Source: the human T2T-CHM13v2.0 reference genome, Homo sapiens | Length of the DNA stretch: 64,000 nt | Assembly: GCF_009914755.1 (NCBI RefSeq) | Contig: NC_060944.1 | Reading direction: 5' to 3' (one strand) | Part shown: positions 1 to 16,800 of the stretch, piece after piece | How positions within the stretch are numbered: position 1 is the stretch's first letter | Layout of the letters: every line of letters starts with the position of its first letter | Translations under genes and position numbers: made by a program | The notes under the pieces: model-generated | Told to the model about the DNA's origin: nothing | Database searches by the model: none | What the model saw: only the letters and a program-made list of their open reading frames with translations

Positions 1-1105
1 TGCCATGGAAACAAACATGGGGGATTTCAGCCGCTGAGGAAAGACAGTGTGTTAACAGCTGGATGAACATACCACCTAAACAGCAACGCGGGCAAGTCAG
101 CAGGAACTGATGCCATGTTCTGATCCAGCGAGTGGGCGTGGGGTGAGGCCTGATACTGCTGAGTGCCAGGCTGTCCCTAACACAGACTCTCGGCGTCGTA
201 TCTGTCCTCTAGTGCCCCCGTGGCCCCTGGGACACTTTACCTCCATCCCTAAGAACTAACTTTTACGTCTTGGAAAACGGAAGGTGCCCATTCACGTGGG
301 GGCACCAGGTTTTTCCTTCCCCTGTGCGCACACACAACATCCATAAACAGTAATAAGGGCAGCTAGCTCACATCCAGAGGAGAGCAAAGCCCACCCGAGC
401 GACGTGGCTTTGACCCTGAAGCAGTTAAGTTCCCTGTTCCAAGACACTTAAAGTAAGAGTTAAAATACCAATAAGAGTTCTTGGTTATTCCAAAAATGCA
501 TCAAATTTTCCAGTTAAATAAAGGATAATCTTATTGTTCTCCATATAAGGAAGCATTTCAACTTTCAGTGAAAAGTTAGCAAATATGAACACCAAAAAAT
601 GCAGCTCTCCTACAAGAGATTCAATTAAGCGTCGATGCAACCGTGCGAACAGCATGTTGCAGCACAAAGGCAGCCTGTTTTTCTGGCCATTATTAATCTA
701 GAAAGCTTAATGATGAACAACATTTGTGTTATTGTCTACCCAAATTTAATTTATTTATGCAGCAGTTAATCTTGCAATCTGTTTTTCTCAAACGAGGGCA
801 GATAATGGAGACACCGTTCTTTACAAGTCTTCAGGCTTTTAAATTCTGATAAAATCAGGATTCTTCACTGGGTCTTGCCCCAGCTCTGAATTAAACCACT
901 TTAAATGTAATTATGGGACCTGGCCTTACAGCAGGAACATCCATTTAAAAAATTGATTGGTCAGGCTGTTCCACAAGACATTTTATGAGCAAACGATTGC
1001 AATGAGGCCAGAACTGTAATTTATAAAGGCAAAAAAGCAGGTAAATACTTTATTAGTGGTAATGAGAGGGTTGCCAGCTCACTGAGTCTCTTCTTTCCTT
1101 ACCAG

Positions 1106-1196
1106 CTACTTCACCGAGCCGTGGTGCCTGGCCCTGTTCCACGATCGTTTTATTGATCTCAGGAAAGAGTTACGCCAAATCTTAGCCTCCAAGGAG
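1106..1196 (+). CDS. CFAP61: Penultimate coding exon of cilia- and flagella-associated protein 61 (91 nt)
   Basis: Acceptor ttctttccttaccAG ends at 1105 and donor GTAAG starts at 1197. Reads (x)YFTEPWCLALFHDRFIDLRKELRQILASKE, ends in phase 0 and joins the 20738 exon in frame. Identity recognised from the peptide and its position upstream of INSM1. Confidence 0.88.
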
Positions 1197-2045
1197 GTAA
1201 GAGTGATTAATGGATATGTGGATTATTCCTTGCAAATTATAAGCAGCTGATAGCTGTTGATCATTTAGACTTTTCCCTACATTCCCATTTTATGGTTTTA
1301 CTTTTTAAAACAACAGTATCTCATATAAACAAACTGCGGAGCATGTAAATGCAGACTGTGTTATTTCAGGGGAAGTGATTTTATTTAAATCTTTTTATAG
1401 GGGGCAAATTTCTTTTTCCTTTTTTTAAAGAACTGTATTTTTCTGATCAGCTCAGAGTGCTGGCAGAAAACTGAATCTGAGTTGCATCTACTTGCCCTCA
1501 AGAACGAACGTTGCATTCCTTTAGTTTCTGCCTGTGTTTGCCAGCCATTTGCGGAACATATGTGTGTGTGTGTTCTTTTAAAGATGTACAGGGAAGCCAT
1601 CCAGTGTGCCTCAAAAGCACACTCCTTTTATAACCAGAACTTCTTTCTCAAAATACTACAGAATTAACTGGACATTAGGCTGCGTAGCCCAAGGGCTGCA
1701 CGCTCAGCAAGAAATTTGACCCCAAGGTATAAATAGTGAGGTATTTGTGAAACTTTAAGTTAAAATATTTCTTTCAATATGAGAATCTCTAGCAGAACTG
1801 TGGAACGTTAAGAGCTGTGTTCAGTGAGTGGTTGAATCTCCAGCCTGGCTCTACCCTGCTTCACTCAGCCAAGTGCCGGGGCCTGGGTTAGCTTCTACCT
1901 CGTGTTACCGTCTACATAGGCAACTCCCACATCTCCATTGTCACTTCCTCCTGGGAGCCCCCACGCGCCTTATTGGACGGCACTGCTAGGGAGCGCGCAC
2001 CCTGTTCCCAGTGCGTGCCCCACTTAATCACAGCTCTTGCTGTGA

Positions 2046-2435
<390 letters not shown>

Positions 2436-3744
2436 TAGAGATTTTAAATCAGCTCCATGGTAACACAGCAAGCTTCACACTCCGGGGTGTCTCACCCCAA
2501 AGCTGGGAACATGGTTACTGAACCATACAGGGCCGAAGTGCGTGTCCTGGGACCTTCTCCTCAGTGCCCCCACTTTTCAGTTTCACTCCCAGGGTCCAGC
2601 TGGGAACTGTAAATCATTTCCTAATCTGAAGCAGGCTTAGATTGGGAAACAGAGGTTTAAAGTTAAAACCAAACAGCAGTGGCTTAGGATCCAGCAAGTA
2701 AATGCAGCTGAGGGAAGTGGAGGGCTGGGTGGCTGAATGCCCAAGTCAGAGGCTGCTGAAGGCGTGCATGTGGCAATGGAATCCACTAAAGATGCTGCAG
2801 GCCAAACAGAGCCCTACACTTAACCCAGGGCTGCAGGAGGCCAACCTAACTGGAAACCTGAACCCGAGTTGTAAGGCTGGGGCTCACTGAATGCTCAGCT
2901 CCTCAGACACCTTCCTTTCTTGCAGAATGTCATCCGCAGCTTCCTACTGCCCCTACAGTAAAGGGCCCTTCATTTCCAAGTGATCCCATCAAAACTCTGT
3001 GCCTCCGTCTTTCTTAACCCCAGATCTGAGCTCTTCAGTTAACATTGTGCACAAAGCCAGGGGGTTTTAGTCTTAAAGCTTAAAAGGGAAGCCATGGAAA
3101 CTGTCAAGCCCAAGGCATCCACCACGTTTCATACAACTCACTGAGATACCCTCAAACTTCTACCTGTGTACGGATATTTGCTGTGGACCCATTTATGAAC
3201 TCAGTGTGGACAGCAGGCCCAGGCAGCAGACCAGAAGTGGCCACGGACCTTTGCCCAAGACACACTAAAGGCCCTCCAGCCATTCTTGTGGGTCTTGTAG
3301 ATTTCCAGAAAATGAAACCTCCGGAAGAAAAAAATCTCCACTGGAGGATTTTTCTATTTGCAGCATTTCGTTTGTCAAATGGGAAAGGCCACAGGAAGTG
3401 GTGATGCATAGAGTGGTGTCTGCCTAGCTCAGCTGGACTATGCAATGTGGCCTCTGCCAGACCCTCCCATTCCTGCAGAACCGTGGCCAGCCGTCCCACC
3501 TCAGAGAGCTGTGGGGGAGTAGCAGAGGGGAAGTGTGCGATGGCACAGAAGAGTGGCCCAGTGAGTGCTGACCACCACGAGCAGCAGTGGAGGTGACAGT
3601 GGAGAAGGGCTGCTGTGGAAACGACAGCCACACAATCAGATATACAGGAATTTCACCAAAGAGTCTGGTATTAGGAAAATAAAATAAAATGAATAGCCTG
3701 CACTAAAGAATAATCATAATTTATTTTCTCAAATATTGAAATGA

Positions 3745-4700
3745 GGTACAAATGGCCAACAGGTATATGAAAAATGCTTAACATCACTAATCGTCAGAGA
3801 AATAAAACTCAAAACTGCAGTGAAACATCATCTCACCCCAGTGACAATGGCTTTTATCCAAAAGACAGGCAGTAACAAATGCTGGCGAGGATGTGGAGAA
3901 AGGGGAACCCTCACATGCTGTTGGTGGGAGTGAAAATTAGTATAGCCACTGTAGAGAACAGTCTGGAGTTTCCTCAGCAAGCTAAAAATAAAGCTGCCAT
4001 ATGACCCACCAGTCCCACTGCTGGGTATATATCCAAAAGAAAGGAAATCAGTATATCGAAGGGATACCTACACACTCATGTTTATTGCAGCACTACTCAC
4101 AATAGCCGAGATAGGGGATTAACCTAAGCATCCAACAAGTGAATGGATAAAAAAAAAATGTGGTCTATATACACAATGGAATAGTACCTAGCCATAAAAA
4201 TAAGGAAATCCTGTCATTTGCAACAACATGGATGGAACTAGAGGACATTATGTTAAGTAAAATATCCCAGACACAGAAAGACAAATATTGTATATTCTCA
4301 CACATGTGTGGGAGCTTAAAAAAAATAAAATTTAACTCTTGGAGATAGTAGAATGATGGATACCAGAGGCTGTGAAGGGTGGCAAGAAGTGGGTGGATAA
4401 AGTGGGGATGATTAATGGGTACAAAAATACAGTTAGATAGGATGAATAAGATCTAGTATTTGGTAGCACAATAGGGTGACTATAGTTAACACTAATTTAT
4501 TTTATATTCTAAGATAACTAAAAGAGTGGAATTGGAATATTTCTAACACAAAAAAATGATAAATGCTTGAGGTGATGGATACTCCATTTACCCTGATTTG
4601 ATCATTACACATTGTATGCCTGTATCAAAATATCACATGTACTCCATAAATATACACAACTATTATGTACTCATAATAATTAAAATTAATTTTTTTAAAA
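3745..4700 (+). mobile_element. L1 (L1MA-like) 3' fragment: ORF2 end and 3' UTR
   Basis: Typical L1 3' motifs such as ggatgtggagaaaggggaacc, ctgggtatatatccaaaaga, gatggaactagaggacattatgttaag, ggtgatggatactccatttaccctg. Confidence 0.85.
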
Positions 4701-4913
4701 TATTCAAATGATGTAAACCATTTTATTTCACCTTCTACCTTGTCTTCAGGGAAGTATACAAGTTCAATCCCATTAACTATCATATCCTAGAGCTTGGTAT
4801 ATCAATTTTCTTCTTCCACATGTAAAGAAAGGAAGAAAAGACCATTATCTATCTATTATCTATGAATATTGTTAGAAGTCATCTGTTATGAAGATTAGAA
4901 TCATTATAACATG

Positions 4914-5959
<1,046 letters not shown>

Positions 5960-6930
5960 TCAAAATGATCCTTCAAAATCCTTTACGAAAGATATAACAA
6001 TTATAACCATATACTCACTTAACAAAAGAACCCCAAAATATATTAATAAAAGCAGAATTGAAAGAAGAAATAGTTCTAAAACAATAATGCAGACTTCTGT
6101 ATTTTACTGTCAATAATGACTAGAACAACCAGACAGAAAATCAATAAGGAAATAGATGACTTCAATAGCACTATAAGCCAAGTGGACCCAACAGTCGTGG
6201 ATGAAATTCTCTGTTCAACAGTAGAATGCACATTCTTCTCAAGTGCACACGGAACATTCTCCAGGATAGGCCATATGTTAGGCCACAAAACAAGTGTCAA
6301 TACATTTTAACAGATTAAAATTATTATATTCTCCAACCACAACAGAATGAAGCTGGAAATCAGTAACAGAAGGAAGATTGGAAAAATTCACAAATTTGTG
6401 GAAGTTAAATAACACATTCTTAAGCAACCAGTGGGTCAAAAAAGAAATAAAAAAGGGATATTAGAAATGCTAATAGATGAATGAAAACTAAGATACAACA
6501 TACCAACATTTATGAGATCCAAAGAAAGCAGAATTTAAAGCTATAAGTGCCTACATAAAAAGAACTCAAATCAGTAACCTAATTTTATAACTTGAGGAAC
6601 TAGAAAAAGAAAACCAAAGTAAGCCTAATGCCAGCAGAAGAAAATAATAAGGATTAGAACAAAGATAAATGAAATAGAGAATAAGAAAATAGAGAAAATC
6701 AATAAAACCAAAAGTTAGTTCTTTGGAAAGATCAACCAAATTGATAAACCTTTAGCTAGACTGCCTAAGAAAAAAGACTCAAATTACTAAAGTTAGAAAT
6801 ACAAGTGGGGACATTACTATCGACCTTATGGAAATAAAAAAGGATTATGAGAAAATGCCATGAATAATTATTTGCCAACCAATTACATAACCTAGATGAA
6901 ATGGTCAAATTATTAGAAATGAACAAACTA

Positions 6931-7270
<340 letters not shown>

Positions 7271-7682
7271 TCAACAGAGCTATAACAAGTAAAGACCTTG
7301 AATCAATAATCAAAAACCTCACACAAAGAAAAGCCCAAGACCGGATGGCTTCGTTAGTGAATTCTATCAAATATTTAAAGAATTAACACCAATTCTCTTG
7401 AACTCTTCCAAAACATAGAAGAGGTTGGAACTATTCAATGAGATCAGCATTACCCTAATACCAAAGCTAGACAAAGACACTGCAAGAAAAGAAAACTTAC
7501 AGACCAACACCCCTTTTAAATTTAGAAGCAAAAATAGCCAGCAGATTATTAGCAAGCCAAATCCAGCAGCATATTAAAGGACTAAACACCCAGCTGAGTG
7601 AGATTTACCCCAGGAATGTAAGGGTAGTTCAACATATAAAAATGAATCAATGTAATACACCATTTTAATAGAACAAAGGGGA

Positions 7683-7990
7683 GGCTGGGTGCAGTGGGTC
7701 ACGCCTATAATCTCAGCAATTTGGAAGGCCAAGGCAGGCAGATCATTTGAGATCAGGAGTTTGAGACCAGCCTGACCAACATGATGAAACCCTGTCTCTG
7801 GTAAAAATATAAAAAAATTAGCCAAGCATGGTAGCACACACCTGTAATCTTAGCCACTCACAAGGCTGAGGCAGGAGAATCTCATGAACCCAGGAGGTAG
7901 AGATTGCAGTGAGCCAAGATTGTGCCACTGCACTACAGCCTGGGCAATAGAGCAAGACTCCGTATCAAAAAAAAAAAAAAAAAAAAAAAA
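7683..7990 (+). mobile_element. AluS inserted in L1
   Basis: Full dimer with TSD AGAACAAAGGGGA. Confidence 0.92.
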
Positions 7991-8461
7991 GAACAAAGGG
8001 GAAAAAACACTATCATCTCAATTGGTGCAGAAAAAGCATTTGACAAAATCAAATACATTCTTATGGTAAAAACACTAAAAAAAAAAAAAAAACAAACTGT
8101 CAATAGAAGGGAATGTCTCCAATCTGACAAAGGATGTTTATGAAAAACCCACAGATAACATTACACTCAGTAATGAATTACTGAAACCTGAATTCTTATC
8201 CCTGAGATCTGGAATAAGACAAGGATGCCTGCTTTCACCACTTATATTCAGCATGGTTTTGGAAGTTCTAGCCAGAGCAATCAGGCAAGAAAAAGATATA
8301 AAAGACATCCACACTGGAAAGGAAGAAGTGAAACTATCTCCATTCTCAGGTGATGTGGTCCTAAAGAATCCACAAAATAACTATTAGAGCTAATAAATGA
8401 AATCAGCAAAGTTGCAGAATATGAAACCAACACACAATAATCCATTGTCTACATTATCAGT

Positions 8462-8875
8462 TGTATTAATCTGTTTGCATTGCTTTAGAAGAACACCTGA
8501 GACTGGGTAGTTTATAAAGAAAAGAGATTTGGCTCATGGTTCTGCAGGCTGTACATGAAGTACATGTACTGACATCTGCTTCTGGTGAGGGCCTCAGGAA
8601 ATTTCCAGTCATGATGGAAGGTGAAGGGGGAGACAGTGTATCACATGGCAAGACAGGGAGCAAAAGAGAGAGGGAAGTGGTGCCAAGTTCTTTTAAACAA
8701 CCAGATCTGGCATGAACTCAGAGTGAGAACTCACTCATTACCACGAGGACACCAGCAAGCCATTCATGAGGGATCCTCCCTAAGACCCAAACACCTCCTC
8801 CAGGTCCCACTTCCAGCATTGGGGATCACATTCCAGCATGAGAGTTGAAGGGAAAAAAACATCCAGACCATATTA
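8462..8875 (-). mobile_element. MaLR solo LTR (MSTA-like)
   Basis: tgtatta...cctgagactgggtagtttataaagaaaag...catctgcttctggtgagggcctcagg...accatatta is a reverse-oriented MST LTR interrupting L1 ORF2. Confidence 0.8.
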
Positions 8876-9604
8876 GCATTTAATAATTTGAAAATGAAAT
8901 GAAGAAAACAATTATAATTATTATAATAGCATTAAAAAGAATAAAATACTTGGGAGCAAATTTAACCAAAATAGTGCAAGGCTTACACACTGAAAACTAC
9001 AAAACATTTTTGAAAGAAGTGAATGACTACCTAAATAAATGGGACAACATCTGTGTTCATGCATTTGAAGACTTTATATTGTTAGGATGGCAATACCACC
9101 CAAAACAATCTACAATTCAGTACAATCCTGTCAAAATTCCAAGGGCATTTTTAAAAAGAAATGCAAGTCCTAAGTTCCTATGGAAATGGAAGGGACTCCA
9201 AATAGCCAAAACTATCCTGGAGGGAAAAAAGAACAGAGTTGAAGAACTCACATTTTCTTACTACAAAGCAACAGTAACCAAGACAATGTGGTACTTGCAT
9301 GAGAATAGATATATAGATCAATGGACTAAAATTCAGAGTCCAGAAGTAAACCTGTTTACATGAAAATATGTTCAGCATCATCAATTATTAGGGAAATGCA
9401 AATCAGAACCATAATGAGATACCACTTTACAGCCACTGGCATGGCTATAATACAAAACAAGGGGGGAAATAGTGAAGATATGGGGAAAATGGGAACTGAA
9501 TTGCTGGTGGGAACATAAAATTACACCTGCTATAGAAAATGTTTTGATGGTTCCTCAGAAAGTTACACACAGAATTACCATATGACTCAGCAACTGCACT
9601 TCTA

Positions 9605-10039
<435 letters not shown>

Positions 10040-10578
10040 TCAATGGATAAACAAATGTGGTCTAGCCACGCAATGGAATAGTATTCAGCCATGAAGAGAA
10101 ATGAGGTACTGATACAAAGCACATGAACCTCAAAACATTATGCTAGAAGGCAGAGAAAGCATTTGACAAAATTTGCATCCTTTCATGATTGAAAATAAAA
10201 AACCTCTCAACAATTAGGTATAAAAGGAATGTTCCTGAACACAATAAAGGCCATATATGACAAGCCCACAGCTAACGTCATTCTCAGTGGTGAAAAGTTG
10301 AAAGCTTTTCCTCTAAGATCAGGAACAAGACAAGGATGCCTACTCTTGCCACTTCTATTAAACATAGGATCAGAATTCCTAGCCAGAGCAATCAGGGAAA
10401 AAGAAGAAATAAACACATCCAACTAGGAAAGGAAGACTTGAAATTGTCTCTGTTTGCTGATGACATGATCTTATACACATAAAATCCTTAAAGACTCCAC
10501 CAAAAAACTTTTGGAACTGATAAGTGAGTTCAGTAAAGTTGCAGGATACAAAACCAACATACAAAAGTCAGTAGTGTT

Positions 10579-10891
<313 letters not shown>

Positions 10892-11302
10892 CTATCTGAA
10901 AAAGAAATTAAGAAAGCAATTCCATTTACAAAGCATCAAAAAAAATATTTAGGAGTTTTTAACCAATGAGTTAAAAGATCTCTATACTGAGAGCTATAAA
11001 ACATTGATGAAAAAAATTGAAGCCAACACAAATAAATGGAAAGATATCATGTGTTCATGGATTAGAAGAATTCATATTGTTAAAATGTCCATACTAACCA
11101 AAGCAATCTGCAGATTCAATGCAATTCCTATCAAAATGCCAATGTCATTTTTCACAGAAATAGAAAAGACAATCTTAAAAATCATATGGAACCACAAAAG
11201 ACCCACAAATAGCCAATACAATCTTGAGAAAAAAAAAACGGAAGGCATAACACTACCTGATTTCAAAATATATTTCAAAACCATAGTAATCAAAACAGCA
11301 TG

Positions 11303-11726
11303 TATATTAGTCCATTTTCGCACTGTTATAAAGAACTTCCCTGAGACTGGGTAATTTACGAAGGAAAGAGGTTTAATTGACTCACAGTTCCATATGGCCG
11401 GGGAAGCCTCAGGAAACTTACAATCATGGTGGAAGGGGAAGCAAGCACCTTCTTCTCAAGGTGGCAGGAGCATGAGAAGAGCAAAGGAGGAACTTCCAAA
11501 CACTTATAACCATCAGATCTCATGAGAACTCACTCACTATCATGAGAACAGCATAGTTCTCAGCATAGTTCACCCCACTATCATGAGAACACCCACTATC
11601 ATGAGGACAGCATAGTTCTCAGCATAGTTCGCCCCCATGATCCAAACACCTCTGTCTTTCGACAGACACGTGGGGATTACAAATCGAAATGAAATTTGGG
11701 TGGGGACACAGAGCCAAACCATATCA
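11303..11726 (-). mobile_element. THE1 solo LTR (MaLR) with internal tandem duplication
   Basis: gaggtttaattgactcacagttcc...gagccaaaccatatca with 5-bp TSD GCATG (11298-11302 and 11727-11731). The block cactatcatgag..cagcatagttctcagcatagttc is duplicated at about 11535 and 11594. Confidence 0.85.
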
Positions 11727-12368
11727 GCATGGTACTGCCATAAAAACAGATAAATGTACCAGTGGGACAGGATAGAGAGTCATAAATAAACCTACACATT
11801 TACAGGCAATTGATTTTTGACAAAAGTGCCAAGAACACACAATGGGGAAAGGACAGTCCCTCCAATAAATGGTATTGGGAAAATGGGAACATTCCACATG
11901 CAGAAGAATGAAATTGGACTCTTCTCTCAGCCCATACACAAAAATCAATTCAAAATGGAGTGAAGACTTAAACATAAGACCGGAAACTGTAAAACTTCTA
12001 GAAGAGAACATAGGAGAAATAGTTCTTGACGTTGGTCTCAGAAAGGATTTTTTTGGATGTGACACCAAAAGCACAGGCAACAAAAGCAAAAACAGACAAG
12101 TGGGTCTACATCAAATTTAAAAGCTTCTGCACAGCAAAGAAAACAACAGAGTGAAGAGACAGCCCACAGACTGGGAGAAAATATTTGCAAATCATACATC
12201 TGATTTGATGTATGATATCCAATTTTGGCTAATATCCAAAATATACAGGCAACTATATAACTCACTAACTCACTAACTAACAGGAAACAACTCACTAACA
12301 GGAAAACAAATGACCTGATATAAACATAAGCAAAGGACCTGAATAGACACTTCTCAAAAGAAGACATA

Positions 12369-12974
12369 CAGTAGGTCCTTGAATAACATCCTTTCGTTGT
12401 AACATTGATGAGGAAAACAAAGTCATTCCCGGGCCACTGTCTGTGGAGTTTGCATGTTCTGCCCATGTCTGTGTGCATTGTGGGTTTTCACCAGGTACAC
12501 TGGAGTTCAAAGATCAGAAAAAAACAAAACACTATGCTAAGTGAAAAGAGCCAGACACAAAAGGTTAATTGGCATGTCTAAATGGTCCCAGTGTGCGTGA
12601 GTGTGGGTGCAGGTGTGGATGGAAATGTACCCTGTGATGGGAGGGGTCCTGTTCATGGGTTCCTGCTTTGTACCCTGAGCTGCCGGGATAGGCTCCAGCA
12701 ACCTACCACCCGGAACTGAAATAACTCGGTAAATAATTACCTTACTTGTTTATGTTAATCTTTCTTAAATGTATCATAGCCCACAATTATTTTAGTGTTT
12801 AATATTAGAAGTGTTTTTCATCTTTATTTAGAAGTTTGATGATGTTTTTGTGACCAGAAATACGCTGTCGGAACTTCACTCTTGTTCTTATCAATTAGCC
12901 TATGGTAAAATTGGTTTTGTTATATGTCATCTCGCTTAAAGTTACAGTTTCCAGGAAGCTACGAGGACTTACTG
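12369..12974 (-). mobile_element. TcMar-Tigger non-autonomous DNA transposon (MER82-like)
   Basis: Terminal inverted repeats CAGTAGGTCCT ... AGGACTTACTG, preceded by TA, interrupting L1 (aagaagacata|...). Confidence 0.72.
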
Positions 12975-13489
12975 TGACCAAAAGATATATTTAAAAAAGG
13001 ATCAACCTCATGAATCATCAGGGAAATGGAAATTAAAACCACAGTGAGCTACCACCTCACCCTTGTTAGTATGGCTGTTATAGATAAAAGGTTGGCAAGG
13101 ATGTGGAGAAAAGGGAATTCTTGTTCACTGTTGGTGGTAATATAGATTGGTTCAGCCATTTTGGAAAACAGTATGGAGGTTCCTCTGAAAACTAAAAATA
13201 GAATTACATATAATCCAGCAATCTCACTTTTGGGTATGTATCCAAAAGAAATGAAATCAATGTATCAAAGAAATATCTACATTCCTATGCTTATTGCAGC
13301 TTATTCAAAATAGCCAGGACATGAAATGAACCTAAGTGTTCATCAACAGATGAATGGATAAAGAAATTATGGTATATATGCACAATGGAATACTATTCAG
13401 CCTTGAAAAAAAGGAAGTTCTGTTCTGTCATTTTCAACAACATGAATGAACCTGGAGGACTTTATGCTAAGTATAATAATTCGGGTACA

Positions 13490-13819
<330 letters not shown>

Positions 13820-13860
13820 TTACATGTGGAATCTAAAGAAGTTGAATTCATAAGGGTAAT

Positions 13861-16800
13861 GAGGGGAGGAAGGGGTGGTCATACTGTGTGAAGGGAGATG
13901 GTCACACTGAGGGAAGGTGGTCACACTGTGAGAAGGGAGGTAGTCACATTGTGAGAGAAAAAGTGATCACACTGTGTGAGGGGAGGTGGTCACACTGTGA
14001 GAGAAAAAGTAATCATACTGTGAAAGGGAGGTGGTCACGCTGAGAGGGGAGGTGGTCACACTGTGTCAGGGGAGGTGGTCACACTGTGAGAGAAAAAGTA
14101 ATCACACTGTGAGGGGATGTGGTCACACTGAGAGGGGAGGTGGTCAGACTGTGTCAGAGGAGGTGGTCACACTGAGGGGAGGTGGTCACACTGTGAGAGG
14201 GGAGGTGGTCAGACTCTGTCAGAGGAGGTGGTCACACTGTGAGAGGGGAGGTGGTCACACTGAGGGGAAGTGGTCACACTGTGAGAGGGGAGGTGGTCAC
14301 ACTGAGGGGAGATGGTCACACTGCAAGAGGGGAGGTGATCACACTGAGGGGAGGTGGTCACACTGTGAGAGGGAAGGTGGTCACACTGTGAGAGGGAAGG
14401 TGGTCACACTGTGTGAGGGGAGGTGGTCACACTGTGAGGGGAGGTGGTCACATTGTGAGAGGGAAGGGGGTCACTGTGAGAGGGGAGAAGGTCACACTAA
14501 GGGGAGGTAGTCACACTGTGAGGGGAGGTGATCACACTAAGGGGAGGTGGTCACACTGTGAGAGGAGGTGGTCACACTGTGAGGGGTGGTCACACTGTGA
14601 GGGGAGGTCACACTGAGGGGAGGTAGTGACACTATGAGCAGAGATGGTCACACTGTGAGGGGAGGTGGTCACACTGAGGGGAGGTAGTGACACTGTGAGC
14701 AGAGATGGTCACACTGTGAGGGGAGGTGGTCACACTGAGGGGAGGTACTCACACTGTGAGGGGAGGTGGTCACACTGTGAGGGGAGGTGGTCACACTGAG
14801 GGGAGGTAGTGACACTGTGAGCAGAGATGGTCACACTGTGAGGGGAGGGGGTCACACTGTGAGGGGGAAGGTGGTCACACTGTGAGAGGGGAGAAGGTCA
14901 CACTAAGGGGAGGTAGTCACACTGTGAGGGGAGGTGATCACACTAAGGGGAGGTGGTCACACTGTGAGAGGAGGTGGTCACACTGTGAGGGGAGGTCACA
15001 CTGAGGGGAGGTAGTGACACTATGAGCAGAGATGGTCACACTGTGAGGGGAGGTGGTCACACTGAGGGGAGGTAGTGACACTGTGAGCAGAGATGGTCAC
15101 ACTGTGAGGGGAGGTGGTCACACTGAGGGGAGGTAGTCACACTGTGAGGGGAGGTGGTCACACTGTGAGGGGAGGTGGTCACACTGAGGGGAGGTAGTGA
15201 CACTGTGAGCAGAGATGGTCACACTGTGAGGGGAGGGGGTCACACTGTGAGGGGGAAGGTGGTCACACTGTGAGAGGGGAGAAGGTCACACTAAGGGGAG
15301 GTAGTCACACTGTGAGGGGAGGTGATCACACTAAGGGGAGGTGGTCACACTGTGAGAGGAGGTGGTCACACTGTGAGGGGAGGTCACACTGAGGGGAGGT
15401 AGTGACACTATGAGCAGAGATGGTCACACTGTGAGGGGAGGTGGTCACACTGAGGGGAGGTAGTGACACTGTGAGCAGAGATGGTCACACTGTGAGGGGA
15501 GGTGGTCACACTGAGGGGAGGTAGTCACACTGTGAGGGGAGGTGGTCACACTGTGAGGGGAGGTGGTCACACTGAGGGGAGGTAGTGACACTGTGAGCAG
15601 AGATGGTCACACTGTAAGGGGAGGTGATCACACTGTGAGGGGACGTGGTCACACTGTGAGGGGAGGTGGTCACACTGTGAGAGGGGAGGTGACCACACAG
15701 GGGAGGTGGTCACACTGAGGGGAGGTAGTGACACTGTGAGCAGAGGTGGTCACACTGTGAGGGGAGGTGGTCACACTGTGAGGGGAGGTGGTCACACTGA
15801 GAGGAGGTGGTCACACTGAGGGGAAGTGGTCACACTGAGGGGGGGTGGTCACACTGAGGGGAGGTGGTCATACTGTGAGTGAGGAGGTAGTCACACTGAG
15901 GGGAGGGGTCATACTGCGAGTGGAGGTGGTCACACTGTGAAGGGTGGTAGTCACACTGAGAGGAGGTGTTCACACTGAGGGGAAGTGGTCACACTGAGGG
16001 GAGGTGGTCATACTGTGAGGGGAAGTGGTCACACTGAGGGGAGGTGGTCATAGTGTGAGGGGAGGTGGTCACACTGAGGGGAGGTGGTCACACTGAGGGG
16101 AGGTGGTCACAGTGTGAGGGGAGGTGGTCACACTGAGGGGAGGTGGTCACAGTGTGAGGGGAGATGGTCACACTGAGGGGAGGTGGTCACAGTGTGAGGG
16201 GAGGTGGTCACACTGAGGGGAGGTGGTCATAGTGTGAGGGGAGGTGGTCACACTGGGGAGGTGGTCACACTGTGAGGGGAGGTGGTCACACTGAGAGGAG
16301 GTGGTCACACTGAGGGGAAGTGGTCACACTGAGGGGAGGTGGTCACACTGAGGGGAGGTGGTCATAGTGTGAGGGGAGGTGGTCACACTGTGAGGGGAGG
16401 TGGTCACACTGAGAGGAGGTGGTCACACTGAGGGGAAGTGGTCACACTGAGGGGAGGTGGTCACACTGAGGGGAGGTGGTCATAGTGTGAGGGGAGGTGG
16501 TCACACTGGGGAGGTGGTCACACTGTGAGGGGAGGTGGTCACACTGTGAGGGGAGGTGGTCACACTGAGAGGAGGTGGTCACACTGAGGGGAAGTGGTCA
16601 CACTGAGGGGAGGTGGTCACACTGAGGGGAGGTGGTCACAGTGTGAGGGGAGGTGGTCATACTGTGAGTGAGGAGGTAGTCACACTGAGGGGAGGGGGTC
16701 ATACTGCGAGTGGAGGTAGTCACACTGTGAAGGGTGGTAGTCACACTGAGAGGAGGTGGTCACACTGAGGGGAAGTGGTCACACTGAGGGGAGGTGGTCA

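Noticed and set aside
14031-14616. Repetitive ORFs (GRWSHCE / GGGHTVR) in the minisatellite
   Set aside because: Direct translation of repeat units; TGA in most units closes the frames elsewhere, and there is no promoter or splice support.
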